Virus record (IMG/VR): IMGVR_UViG_3300033067_001710 | Location: 1 to 36,473 of that record | From: a virus | Taxonomy: Duplodnaviria > Caudoviricetes | DNA length: 36,473 nucleotides | Strand: one strand, 5' to 3' | Shown: in pieces, positions 16,356-25,026 of the stretch | Position numbering within the stretch: the first letter of the stretch is position 1 | Layout of the letters: each line of letters starts with the position of its first letter | The notes under the pieces: model-generated | What the model saw: the letters and a program-made list of their open reading frames with translations, nothing else | Database searches by the model: none | Told to the model about the DNA's origin: nothing | Translations under genes and position numbers: made by a program

Positions 16356-17032
16356 AACAACACCCTCCATGGTACGGTTTGTGTCGCAGCCCGGATAATC
16401 CGTGTTTCTCGGTGTGGGCGTTCGGGTGTGTCCGCACCCTTGCACTTACGTGTACCGAAGAGTGGAACAAGCCGGCTCGGGTTGTGCACGGTGGTGTCGA
16501 TGGCGGGGCCGAAACCCCGCGCTAACGCACCGAGCAACGCGCGGTAGCCAGCCTTCAACTCCGAAGTGTCGGCAGACTGCTCACATGAGACGAAGATAGA
16601 CCACCCATTACCAGACATACCTACAGACGTAGCCTCCTTGCCCACCACAGGAATCAGGATATCAAGGACTTTACGGGCAATGACCTTGGCAGCCTCAAGC
16701 TCCGCATCCGTTGCCGAGATACCGGAGGGCCGCTGGGCATCGACATCGATATACAGCACACGTCTCGCGACGATATCCCCATCAGACGCACGTCCGGCCG
16801 TTGCTCGCACCCATTCTCCCAGCACACCATACCGGGCCGTTATGGCTGCGTTTATGCGCCCAGAACAGATATAGACACCAGAGTAGCCAGGCTGACCACT
16901 TGCTAGCGCTCCGCAGCGCTCGATGTCCTCTGCTGCGCAATAGCACACCATGATCGGATTAGTCTTGCTTGACGGCAACGCGACCAACTCGACTATTTCG
17001 CCATGACAGATTTGAAGAGCTTGTCGGAGCAT
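16352..17032 (-). CDS. Putative AEP-type primase/polymerase domain protein
   Basis: YIDVD, MSGNG and D...NPSRLVPLFGTRKCKGADTPERPHR motifs. Confidence 0.7.
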   Translation of the reverse strand: MLRQALQICHGEIVELVALPSSKTNPIMVCYCAAEDIERCGALASGQPGYSGVYICSGRINAAITARYGVLGEWVRATAGRASDGDIVARRVLYIDVDAQRPSGISATDAELEAAKVIARKVLDILIPVVGKEATSVGMSGNGWSIFVSCEQSADTSELKAGYRALLGALARGFGPAIDTTVHNPSRLVPLFGTRKCKGADTPERPHRETRIIRAATQTVPWRVLF

Positions 17033-17457
17033 GTATGATGTCTTCCCTTTCTACCACACAATGCGCAGACCTCTGATTGACACACCCCCAATGGATCACA
17101 CTCTGTACCGCAGTCGCACACGCCAGCCCACTCCGCGACCCACTCATCAACCGCTGCAAGAGCAGCCGCCACGCTGCGCACGGTTACGACGATTCCACCC
17201 CCGTACTCCCTAATTCGATGCGCCCATTGTTTCTGCTCTTTCGAGAGCCGCCCAGTATCCGTCTTCACCTCGATACCTACAAACCGACCATAAACGCATC
17301 CAATGATGTCGGCACTGCCGATACCACATCCTCCGAATACATACCCACCCCCTGGTAGCTTTTGCCGTACTACAGAGTTTCTCATAAACACGCAACCTGG
17401 TCTTGCCCCGATTGCAGCCAGTATCTGTGACTGCAGAATTGACTCTCGGTTAGCCAT
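16993..17457 (-). CDS. VRR-NUC domain nuclease with a C-terminal Cys-rich tail
   Basis: ESILQSQI, GSADIIG, IEVKTDTGRLSKEQKQW. Confidence 0.9.
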   Translation of the reverse strand: MANRESILQSQILAAIGARPGCVFMRNSVVRQKLPGGGYVFGGCGIGSADIIGCVYGRFVGIEVKTDTGRLSKEQKQWAHRIREYGGGIVVTVRSVAAALAAVDEWVAEWAGVCDCGTECDPLGVCQSEVCALCGRKGRHHTCSDKLFKSVMAK

Positions 17458-18751
17458 GGCTCCATTTCCATTCCGGTTTTTCGCCATAAAGTGAATAGTA
17501 ACGATGAAACGCCCATCCGCGCCTGTATCCACGCTTCTTGGCGATATATAAAAAGTCTAGAAAACGTTGTTTTTTGGTATCGTCGGTTTGCCGAGCGCGC
17601 CGGCTCACGAGCGCGAGGTCTGTGGCTCTGACGACGGGTGGTGGCGGGGGGGGCCACGGGGCCCCGCACCGCACGCATACCAGACCACCTGTGCGCTGTA
17701 TGGCCCCGCACTGCTTGCAGGTACGCGTCCCCAACGCAGACTTGGTGCCCCGCCTGATCGCCTTGCCGCTCAAACTGTATTCCCGGTCCTCGTCTGGCAA
17801 TCCGTGCTCATGCACGCACCCAACGAGATCGATTACCGTGACATGAGATTTGCCGGGGGCGGGGCGAAGTCCGCGCCCAACCATCTGTAGGTATATGCCG
17901 GGAGTGCTCGCACCGCGGGCCAGAATGACCGTCTCGATGCCCGGACAATCGTAACCCTCCGTCAGGACGTAGACATTTGTGAGGACACGTAGGCGCTTGT
18001 CGGCGAACGCGTCCAATGCAGCGGCCCGGACCTCAGCAGAGCATCCCCCGTCGACGCATGCCGCCTCAACCCCAGCACCAGAAAAACGCATTGCCAAATC
18101 ATTGGCATATGCCACATTTGGACAAAACACAAGCGTTTGGGTACCTGGAGTGCGCTGTTGATACGCGTCCAGCGGGTCAAGAGCTAGCTGTTTGCGTTTG
18201 GTTTCCGGGGCAAAAACGTGCGTCGGAACCAAGTGCCCTGCCTCGATCAGCTCTCTCGGTTGCGCGACCACCACCAACGCGCCAAACACGTCGTCCAAGG
18301 CCCTACCATCGCCCCGCGATGGGGTTGCTGTAAGCCCCAGGATGGTCGATGTGCGGTAGTGCTCAGCAATCGTGTGCCAGCCCGATGCCGCCACATGGTG
18401 ACACTCATCCCATATCACCACAGTTGCGGGAGGAAGGGAACCCCTTGCCACCAACGTGTCCACGCTGGCTACTTGGACGGGAATGTTAGGCTCCGACTTC
18501 GCCCACGGTGCTACGATGCCAGCCGGCACTCCAAACATGGAGAGTTTGGATTGCGCTTGACGCAGCAACTCAGCACGGTGCGCGACCCACAGTACCCTAC
18601 CACCACGTGCGACAGCCGACCGAGCTAGCTCGCTCGCAATGACCGTTTTCCCAGACCCCGTGGGAGATACCAGGCACACGGACCTTGCACCCTGCCGGTA
18701 CGCCTCGCGCGCGCGCTCGATGGCCCTGGACTGGTAATCTCTCAGCTGCAC
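17450..18751 (-). CDS. Superfamily-2 DExH helicase with a C-terminal zinc finger
   Basis: LRDYQ, SPTGSGKT, DECHH, GLTATP, LTEGYD, QMVGRGLR, CxxC-CxxC. Confidence 0.95.
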   Translation of the reverse strand: MQLRDYQSRAIERAREAYRQGARSVCLVSPTGSGKTVIASELARSAVARGGRVLWVAHRAELLRQAQSKLSMFGVPAGIVAPWAKSEPNIPVQVASVDTLVARGSLPPATVVIWDECHHVAASGWHTIAEHYRTSTILGLTATPSRGDGRALDDVFGALVVVAQPRELIEAGHLVPTHVFAPETKRKQLALDPLDAYQQRTPGTQTLVFCPNVAYANDLAMRFSGAGVEAACVDGGCSAEVRAAALDAFADKRLRVLTNVYVLTEGYDCPGIETVILARGASTPGIYLQMVGRGLRPAPGKSHVTVIDLVGCVHEHGLPDEDREYSLSGKAIRRGTKSALGTRTCKQCGAIQRTGGLVCVRCGAPWPPPPPPVVRATDLALVSRRARQTDDTKKQRFLDFLYIAKKRGYRRGWAFHRYYSLYGEKPEWKWSHG

Positions 18752-18767
18752 GGTTCGACCCTCGGCA

Positions 18768-18977
18768 TCACTTCGTCTCCCTCAGTACCGATTGGATCGC
18801 AACGTCGAGGGCATCCGCCAGTGCGACAACAATCGAGGCACGCGGGTCCGTGATAACCCCCGCTTCAATGCCTTGCACGGTTGACGCCGGTATCCCAGAT
18901 TCACGCGCCAGCCGACGGATCGACCATCCGAGTGCGAGCCGCTCCTCTCTGATCTTTTTACCTACACTTTTTGCCAT
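18768..18977 (-). CDS. XRE/Cro-C1 family HTH regulator (69 aa)
   Basis: IREERLALGWSIRRLARESGIPASTVQGIEAG...LADALDV. Confidence 0.92.
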   Translation of the reverse strand: MAKSVGKKIREERLALGWSIRRLARESGIPASTVQGIEAGVITDPRASIVVALADALDVAIQSVLRETK

Positions 18978-19062
18978 GTACAACCCATGGGTCGCTATAG
19001 GGGCGTTGTCAAGATGTTTTGGGCTTGACAGGCATACAGACACGACCCATAGGTTGTACATG
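18975..19062. promoter_or_regulatory. Symmetric divergent promoter/operator region
   Basis: 20-bp inverted arms (18975-18994 and 19043-19062, 1 mismatch) around back-to-back TTGACA hexamers (19007-19012 minus, 19025-19030 plus). Confidence 0.7.
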
Positions 19063-19078
19063 CAGGGAGAAAAACCAG

Positions 19079-19447
19079 ATGCAAACCGAAACGCTAAGAC
19101 GAGTGATCGAGTTACTGGAGAGCGAGACTCCGACGGACGCATGGAGGATTGTGTGTGCCCTCGCCGCCACTTTCGAGCCGTCCACATTGCCTTTCGCACA
19201 GCATGTGGGTGTGCAATCAGATGTGCGCAAGAATTCCGATCGCAGAGAAGGATGTGATAGGTTGTACAAGGTTGTTACTGAGGAATGGCAACCGACTAGC
19301 AAGCTCCGTGCCATGTTTCCGCAATGGGCGGCCGGCGCCATCAGTGGCAGGTTGTGCTATCTACACAGACAAGGGCTTATAGAGAAAAAACAGGAATTCG
19401 GTATGAGTATGTGGAGGCGACGAGGAGGTAGTCATGATTGTCTCTAA
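19079..19447 (+). CDS. Hypothetical protein with a winged-helix-like C-terminus
   Basis: GGAG RBS; AISGRLCYLHRQGLIEKK...WR pattern. Confidence 0.65.
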   Translation: MQTETLRRVIELLESETPTDAWRIVCALAATFEPSTLPFAQHVGVQSDVRKNSDRREGCDRLYKVVTEEWQPTSKLRAMFPQWAAGAISGRLCYLHRQGLIEKKQEFGMSMWRRRGGSHDCL

Positions 19448-20258
19448 CAGTGGGAACGCAGGGTTGTTTGCAGCGTTGGCGGCTGTCGGCGCGTCGCTCG
19501 CTGCTGTCGCGCGGGACTCCGCAGTTGACACGGGGCGCTACAAACACAGGTTTGCCAGTCTAAACGCGATACTGGAAACGTGCAAACCAGTGCTCTCAAA
19601 GCACGGTCTGGCCATCCTACAGATGCCGGCCTGCTCCGATGGGGTGGTTACCGTAACCACCATGGTCACACATACCGATGGTGGATACATATCAACCGAC
19701 CTGTCAGTCCCCGTGGGGAAAGCTGACGCCCAAGCGATCGGCTCGGCAATCACATATGCCAGACGTTACGCGTTACGCTCAATATTGGCAATAGGGGAGG
19801 ATGACGAGGACGACGGGACATGTGCAGTTGCTGCTGTGCGGGCTGCGTCGCGAAATACCCGTGACAGACTCATGTCTGAGTTGTCGAAACTAACCACAGT
19901 ACAGGAGTTGACAGCATTCGGGAAAAAGGCGAAAATTCTTGCGGAAGGCATGGGCCAGGAGGACGCCGACGCAGTTCGTACCATGTTTTCGGATAAGTGG
20001 GACAAGCGTGTAATACCAGATGACGACGGGGCAGGTGCAGTTGCTGCTGCGCGGTCTGGGTCGCGAAATATCCGTGACAGACTCATGTCTGAGTTGTCGA
20101 ACATAACCACAGTACAGGAGTTGACAGCATTCGGGAAAAAGGCGAAAATTCTTGCGCAGGGCATGGACCAAGATGACGTCGACGCAGTTCGTACCATGTT
20201 TTCGGATAAGTGGGACAAGCGTGTAATACCAGAAAGGATACACCATGACGACTTGTAG
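19434..20258 (+). CDS. erf: ERF-family single-strand annealing protein with a duplicated C-terminal 71-aa module
   Basis: GGAGGT RBS; KPVLSKHGLAILQ, HTDGGYI, AQAIGSAITYARRYAL...EDDDG. Confidence 0.92.
   Translation: MIVSNSGNAGLFAALAAVGASLAAVARDSAVDTGRYKHRFASLNAILETCKPVLSKHGLAILQMPACSDGVVTVTTMVTHTDGGYISTDLSVPVGKADAQAIGSAITYARRYALRSILAIGEDDEDDGTCAVAAVRAASRNTRDRLMSELSKLTTVQELTAFGKKAKILAEGMGQEDADAVRTMFSDKWDKRVIPDDDGAGAVAAARSGSRNIRDRLMSELSNITTVQELTAFGKKAKILAQGMDQDDVDAVRTMFSDKWDKRVIPERIHHDDL
19809..20233 (+). repeat. Tandem duplication with a 213-bp period inside erf
   Basis: 19809-20020 versus 20022-20233; 14 mismatches counted. Confidence 0.97.
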
Positions 20259-20493
20259 TAGATACATGCGCGGAGCGGACATGACCGGCGAGATCCACAC
20301 AGGCGCAAAAAAGATGAAAAGAACGAAAAGAATGTCCTCGTTTACACTATCAGACGAAGCGCGCGCCCTGCTCACAGAGCAGGCCAAACGTGCGCGCATG
20401 ACCAAAACTGGGTGGTTGGAGTTTCTGTTGCTGAGCATGGCAGTTGCTGACCAGACCCCACCGACACGACAACCGCCAGACCCGACCTCGTAA
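20245..20493 (+). CDS. Ribbon-helix-helix-like regulator
   Basis: KRMSSFTLSDEARALLTEQAKRARMTKTGWLEFLL. Confidence 0.7.
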   Translation: MTTCSRYMRGADMTGEIHTGAKKMKRTKRMSSFTLSDEARALLTEQAKRARMTKTGWLEFLLLSMAVADQTPPTRQPPDPTS

Positions 20494-20535
20494 TGAATGG
20501 CGACACTGTAGCCATATCTATCACCTACTAAGCTC

Positions 20536-20585
20536 AAAAAAAAACGGTCACGCGTCTTGACTCTGTATAGACGCGTGACTATATT
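20536..20585 (+). promoter_or_regulatory. Sigma70-type promoter with a UP tract and an overlapping inverted-repeat operator
   Basis: A9 tract at 20536-20544; TTGACT (20557)-17 bp-TATATT (20580); gtcacgcgtct/agacgcgtgac arms at 20547-20557 and 20569-20579. Confidence 0.8.
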
Positions 20586-20668
20586 GTAGATGTGCCCGCG
20601 AATAGCGGGAGGGTGGACGGCGCGCGAAATATCTCGCGCGCGCGAGACCACCACCACGGAGATTGACC

Positions 20669-20977
20669 ATGAAGACCGCTATCTACACCGACGCGACCCT
20701 TGTTGACACCAGCATCGAATTCGGTTTCCTCGTCAAGCACGTGGACAACCAGACCGGTAAAACATGGTACACCGTGCTCGCCCGCCCCGCGTACACCAAC
20801 CTGAACCATGAGCCTCGTCTGAGAGGGTGGTGTGGCACAACCAACGACAAGTCCACCTACGCACTTGGCCTTGCCCGGGTCATCGCGAGCTACAAAAACG
20901 GTCGTGTTCGCCTAGCTTGGGTCCGGCCGACCCGGGAGCGCCTGGCCGCGCTAGGGTACGGCAACCTCGACGTTTGA
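20669..20977 (+). CDS. Hypothetical protein (moron-like, own promoter)
   Basis: GGAG RBS before ATG 20669. Confidence 0.75.
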   Translation: MKTAIYTDATLVDTSIEFGFLVKHVDNQTGKTWYTVLARPAYTNLNHEPRLRGWCGTTNDKSTYALGLARVIASYKNGRVRLAWVRPTRERLAALGYGNLDV

Positions 20978-21057
20978 GTACAGACCACTCCACCCTACAC
21001 GGGGGGCCATGTATGCATTCAAGCACAGACCCTTCTGTCTCGCGTAAGGAGAATCAG

Positions 21058-21258
21058 ATGAAAAACACGGAGATATATTTCGAGGTAGGCGACCACGGCG
21101 TCCAGATGTGCGACGCAGCCATCCTTAATGATGGCACTATTCTTGCATTCGGTAAACTGTGGGAATCGCTTGACGCAGTGCGCGGGCCGGGGAGAATCAT
21201 CGCGACCGAACTCCTCACCGAGCGCAATCCTCAGGCATGGCGCGTTGCGACATTTTGA
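21058..21258 (+). CDS. Hypothetical protein (66 aa)
   Basis: TAAGGAG RBS before ATG 21058. Confidence 0.7.
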   Translation: MKNTEIYFEVGDHGVQMCDAAILNDGTILAFGKLWESLDAVRGPGRIIATELLTERNPQAWRVATF

Positions 21259-21794
21259 CCATCCCACGGGATGGTCCAACCTTTCCCCTTGCACCACCCC
21301 CAAATCGCCCGCGAATCCAGCAAATGCTTTCCGGATACTGAGTGCAAAATGCGCTTTCTCTTGGATATCATCTGATATCCAGTTTTTTTACTGACCTGCC
21401 CTCCGTCGATGCTAGTGACTACATCACCATCTATGTCAACAATTGTCAGAGCATGCGTCGACGCACCAGTCCCGATTATCACCAAATCACCAACCTCAGG
21501 AGATAACCCATGAGCCGTATTTTGCCAGCACCCAGCGCGCTGGGCTCCGCTCACCAGCCGAGATATCGCAGTGCCGATCTTGTAAGGCTTATAGAGGCAA
21601 GGTAGGTCTACACCTACATGCCGGAGAATGCCCCCGGCGACCAACCCGCAGGTCCATGTTTTTTTGAGATCCCATTGGGAGCCGGCCGGTGGCTGTCCGA
21701 GCACATACTCCCACATGCTGCGGTGGTCTGGGTTGCCACCGTCCAAGCCTTCCAGACTTAACGCAAATTTGACAATGTTGTCAATATGACTCAT
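21231..21794 (-). CDS. CHAP/NlpC-P60-like cysteine hydrolase, candidate second lysin
   Basis: WTCGLVA...PEVGDLVII...THALTIV...SIDGG Cys-His arrangement; ATGA coupling. Confidence 0.65.
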   Translation of the reverse strand: MSHIDNIVKFALSLEGLDGGNPDHRSMWEYVLGQPPAGSQWDLKKTWTCGLVAGGILRHVGVDLPCLYKPYKIGTAISRLVSGAQRAGCWQNTAHGLSPEVGDLVIIGTGASTHALTIVDIDGDVVTSIDGGQVSKKTGYQMISKRKRILHSVSGKHLLDSRAIWGWCKGKGWTIPWDGQNVATRHA

Positions 21795-22075
21795 CGACAC
21801 AACTCCGCAGTCTCGCAATCCCCCGACAACTCTATGCAAAAAAGAGGCCAATTCAGCCCGTTGCTCGCAGCTGCTGTGCAGACGGCTGTGCAGTCCGCGC
21901 CGTTGGCCGTGGGGTGCCCAAGCAAACACCCCATGTCCTGTAAGTGCTGACACGACGTGTAGCATGTGGGGTCAAGCTGCGTTGGATACGGTGTAGCTTC
22001 CGGCAATGCAGGTACAGTCTGCTGATTGCACGACATGGTCATGTACGCTCCCAGGATGTAAACCATTCTGCTCAT
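21791..22075 (-). CDS. Cys-rich putative lipoprotein
   Basis: Short signal-like N-terminus ending MTMSC; multiple Cys; coupled on both sides. Confidence 0.55.
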   Translation of the reverse strand: MSRMVYILGAYMTMSCNQQTVPALPEATPYPTQLDPTCYTSCQHLQDMGCLLGHPTANGADCTAVCTAAASNGLNWPLFCIELSGDCETAELCR

Positions 22076-22872
22076 GTTGAAAACCTTTGGGCTTTTACCG
22101 TGTAGATATCAGAAACCATGGAAGACCCGAAAAGATTCGGAGAGACCCAGGCCAGACCTCTATCCCCCCAACCTGCCCCCCACCAGTTATCAACGAGCAC
22201 TCGACCGTCTGCCTCGACTCCGAGGACAGACATCATGTGCCCACCCAAAATCTGGCTGGAGTTGATGCGCTCGATGGTCGCTGTCCCGACATGATTGCAA
22301 AACGCATCGTCAACGTAAATGCCAAAAATCACGGGGAGACGATTGCGCAGTGCAGTTGCAACGTCAGCAACTCGGACCCCCTCGGTGGTGTCGATGCGCG
22401 AGTATTCAAACCCTCTCTGGTCAAACGCAGCGCGTTGCTGTTTGGGCCATGGTGCGAGCACTGTGTTGGTTGACTCAACAACCAGATCGAGCCATTCCGC
22501 ATCGACCGACCGGCACATGCCCATCGCACGGACGGCATCCATGGCGAGGCGCGGATAGCAACCTCGATCTGTGTACTCTGTTGGTGCTTTGCTGTGCCGG
22601 GCAGACTCTTGAGCGAGAGCGATCGAGTACGCCCACGCGGGGGATGGGTCGGGGACATCGACTTGGCCTTGAAGGGCGAGCGAGATCTGCCATGCGCGGG
22701 CGATTGCACACCCGACACACGATTGACCCAGTTGCGTGATCTGTTTGCCGCGCCACGGTAGATGGTTTGGTTGTTGTAGTTGAGTTGCGGGAGATGCCCC
22801 TGCAAGACCGCGGGCCAACGGCCAATCACGGCCATCGGGATAGTCAACGCGCCAACCGAGCTTGCGGATCAT
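22072..22872 (-). CDS. Papain-like (C1 family) cysteine peptidase
   Basis: GGAGG RBS; LGWRVDYPDGRD, Q...SCVGCA, GGHMMSVLG, DNWWGAGWGDRG. Confidence 0.85.
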   Translation of the reverse strand: MIRKLGWRVDYPDGRDWPLARGLAGASPATQLQQPNHLPWRGKQITQLGQSCVGCAIARAWQISLALQGQVDVPDPSPAWAYSIALAQESARHSKAPTEYTDRGCYPRLAMDAVRAMGMCRSVDAEWLDLVVESTNTVLAPWPKQQRAAFDQRGFEYSRIDTTEGVRVADVATALRNRLPVIFGIYVDDAFCNHVGTATIERINSSQILGGHMMSVLGVEADGRVLVDNWWGAGWGDRGLAWVSPNLFGSSMVSDIYTVKAQRFST

Positions 22873-22874
22873 TG

Positions 22875-23813
22875 TCAACCTCCTGGGAGACAGTGGGGTG
22901 AGAACCAAATGCGTTCGAGCCTGCGGTTGTGTCCTGTTTTTGCATAACCGAGGCCTTGGACCCATTCGACGGGCTTCCACTCGGGGGGAAACTCAAATGT
23001 CCCCTCATGCCCGCAGTACGCGATGCGGTAGTTCGGATCATCGCCATGCGCGACCGACCACGAATGGGCGCGAGCGGCAACGTCCTCGGCATCATGGGTG
23101 TACAAAGCATCCCGCAAATCGTGCGAGTAGGGCGGATCGAGAAACACCGCGGTGGGTTTGGCGATGTGCGTTGTTGGCGATGGCCCGAGTACGCGCTCGA
23201 AATCACCACAGCAAACACGGACGCGCTCAAGTCGTGAGGCCAGGTCGCAAAACCAGTCAAGGATCGGACCTACCTTGCCCGCGTCACCGAGGTGCGGCCG
23301 TTTACGGTTGACACCATGGCCCGCGGTGCCAAGGTGCGGCAGTTGCCGGTTGACACCCTTGCCACGTATCCAATCGAACCCATCCTCGCTTGCGACCCAT
23401 GGGCCCTCCCCGCTACACCATCCGCGTCCAATCCAACAGCAGATCCCCCACACCCACCACCCAGCGATTTTGGCATCGTAGTAGTCGGGGTCGGATTGGA
23501 CCTTGATAGGCTTGTAATCGAGCAACCATAGGTGACGTGCTGATAGGTCCGCTTCATTGACGGGTTGCGCGGCCCAATGTGCAGTCTGCTCTGGATCATG
23601 TTGGATGGCTCGCCAAAAATTGGCGATATAGCTGTCGATGTCGTTGACCGTCTCAACACCCCAGGGCGGAGGCCGGCGAAGCAACACCGCGCCGCCACCA
23701 AAAAACGGCTCAATGTAGTTGCGGACAGATCCGAACCTTGCCCAAACAAGTCCCGCGGCCTTGCGCTTGCCGCCGAACCATGGAAATGGTGTGTCCAGCA
23801 TCATTGCGGACAC
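22875..23813 (-). CDS. DNA adenine methyltransferase (Dam/D12-like)
   Basis: PFPWFGGK, YIEPFFGGGAVLL, ETVND, VFLDPPY. Confidence 0.92.
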   Translation of the reverse strand: MSAMMLDTPFPWFGGKRKAAGLVWARFGSVRNYIEPFFGGGAVLLRRPPPWGVETVNDIDSYIANFWRAIQHDPEQTAHWAAQPVNEADLSARHLWLLDYKPIKVQSDPDYYDAKIAGWWVWGICCWIGRGWCSGEGPWVASEDGFDWIRGKGVNRQLPHLGTAGHGVNRKRPHLGDAGKVGPILDWFCDLASRLERVRVCCGDFERVLGPSPTTHIAKPTAVFLDPPYSHDLRDALYTHDAEDVAARAHSWSVAHGDDPNYRIAYCGHEGTFEFPPEWKPVEWVQGLGYAKTGHNRRLERIWFSPHCLPGG

Positions 23814-24046
23814 CCATGCCGTTGCGATTCACCGAGCAGTTGCTCAATGAGCGGTGCGAGGTCAGACGCCGCATTGCACGCCGCCTCGATGTCGGCGCGG
23901 TGGTACGTGCGAGCAAGTTGCGCGCAAACCTCCGAAGAGATAGTGAGCGTCGGATACAACGCCGGGCGGCATTGCAACAGTCCAAACAACGCGGCAACAC
24001 CAACACCGAGCAACGCGAGCAACCACAATGCGAGTCTGTCATGCAT
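23801..24046 (-). CDS. Small membrane-anchored protein
   Basis: N-terminal hydrophobic helix LALWLLALLGVGVAALFGLL. Confidence 0.6.
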   Translation of the reverse strand: MHDRLALWLLALLGVGVAALFGLLQCRPALYPTLTISSEVCAQLARTYHRADIEAACNAASDLAPLIEQLLGESQRHGCPQ

Positions 24047-24063
24047 GCCAAATGTCTTGAGGC

Positions 24064-24091
24064 AAAAAAACCGCCCGGTCAAGACGGGCGG
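24064..24091 (-). terminator. Intrinsic terminator
   Basis: ccgcccg/cgggcgg stem followed by T7 on the minus strand, just after the stop at 24106. Confidence 0.85.
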
Positions 24092-24105
24092 CTCGAATGT
24101 TTGAG

Positions 24106-24465
24106 TTAGCCGAGTATGTGCACTACTCCCCGAACCACCTCAACTATCGCAGCTCCAACAGCTGCAATCGCACCCCACTTGCCTGCGACTGCAAGTTTGG
24201 ATGGGGGGGGAGGCATGTTGCAGCCACACCGACCATCAGCAATCAGTGCTCGGTGTATCTCGTCAACACGCTCGGATAGATCCTCAACCAGCCCGATCAA
24301 CCCCGTACCGTGTTGTCTTTGTCCAAGGGCGTAGTCAAACCTCGATGGTGTCCCGATTAGCTCTGTCTGGCGTTGGTCGCGGCGTTTTTGCTCGGCTGCA
24401 CATGCAACCAGATTGGCAAGCGTTTCCTCGTGCTCGCAGTAGTGCCGTCCGTTGTCTGATGTCAT
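24106..24465 (-). CDS. Protein with a C-terminal hydrophobic helix (lysis accessory candidate)
   Basis: ATGA-coupled to the holin-like gene; WGAIAAVGAAIVEVV. Confidence 0.6.
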   Translation of the reverse strand: MTSDNGRHYCEHEETLANLVACAAEQKRRDQRQTELIGTPSRFDYALGQRQHGTGLIGLVEDLSERVDEIHRALIADGRCGCNMPPPPSKLAVAGKWGAIAAVGAAIVEVVRGVVHILG

Positions 24466-24710
24466 CGGTCAACCACTCGATCGATAAACGACACACCACC
24501 AACTGCACCTATCCACGCTAACCCCGCGTAGCGCAACGCGGGCATCCAATCCGGACCGCCGAGCACTGCCGCGACCAAACACGCGACCGCAGCAGCAACC
24601 AACAACACCCACGCCCCATCGATGGCTGGGACGCGTGCTCTGATTCCCGCCACGATTGCAACGGTCCAAGCCGCGCATGTAGATGCAACAACAAGATCAA
24701 CGTCTGACAT
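24462..24710 (-). CDS. Holin-like protein (three hydrophobic segments)
   Basis: 82 aa, GGAG RBS, located after the tail genes. Confidence 0.65.
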   Translation of the reverse strand: MSDVDLVVASTCAAWTVAIVAGIRARVPAIDGAWVLLVAAAVACLVAAVLGGPDWMPALRYAGLAWIGAVGGVSFIDRVVDR

Positions 24711-25026
24711 CGGGTATCTCCAGGTCTGGGCTATCATCTCGCGCGCGTCTCATCGCGTTGTCAACCTCGATCGCCTCTACCACTGGCAATCTCGATCTGT
24801 AGGTTTGGAGTGCAGGCACCTGCTCGATGCCCGTCACCGGCACACGATACTGCGATGTTTTTTCGTCGACGAGCGGCTCAGTCCACGCACGAGTGATCCC
24901 CGTGCCAGGGGGGACGGCCCCACCGTCAGCTCGCTGACCCTGACGTGGATAGCCGAGCAATTTGTCAAGTCGGCGCGCAAAACCATTCGCAGATTCCTCA
25001 TCTGCAAAAAAAACTGACTTACTCAC
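24697..25026 (-). CDS. Hypothetical protein
   Basis: GTGA coupling, fills the operon gap. Confidence 0.6.
   Translation of the reverse strand: MSKSVFFADEESANGFARRLDKLLGYPRQGQRADGGAVPPGTGITRAWTEPLVDEKTSQYRVPVTGIEQVPALQTYRSRLPVVEAIEVDNAMRRARDDSPDLEIPDVRR

Noticed and set aside
19809-20233. 213-bp near-identical repeats as a diversity-generating retroelement TR/VR pair
   Set aside because: Mismatches are not adenine-specific, both copies are in frame in one gene, and no reverse transcriptase is visible
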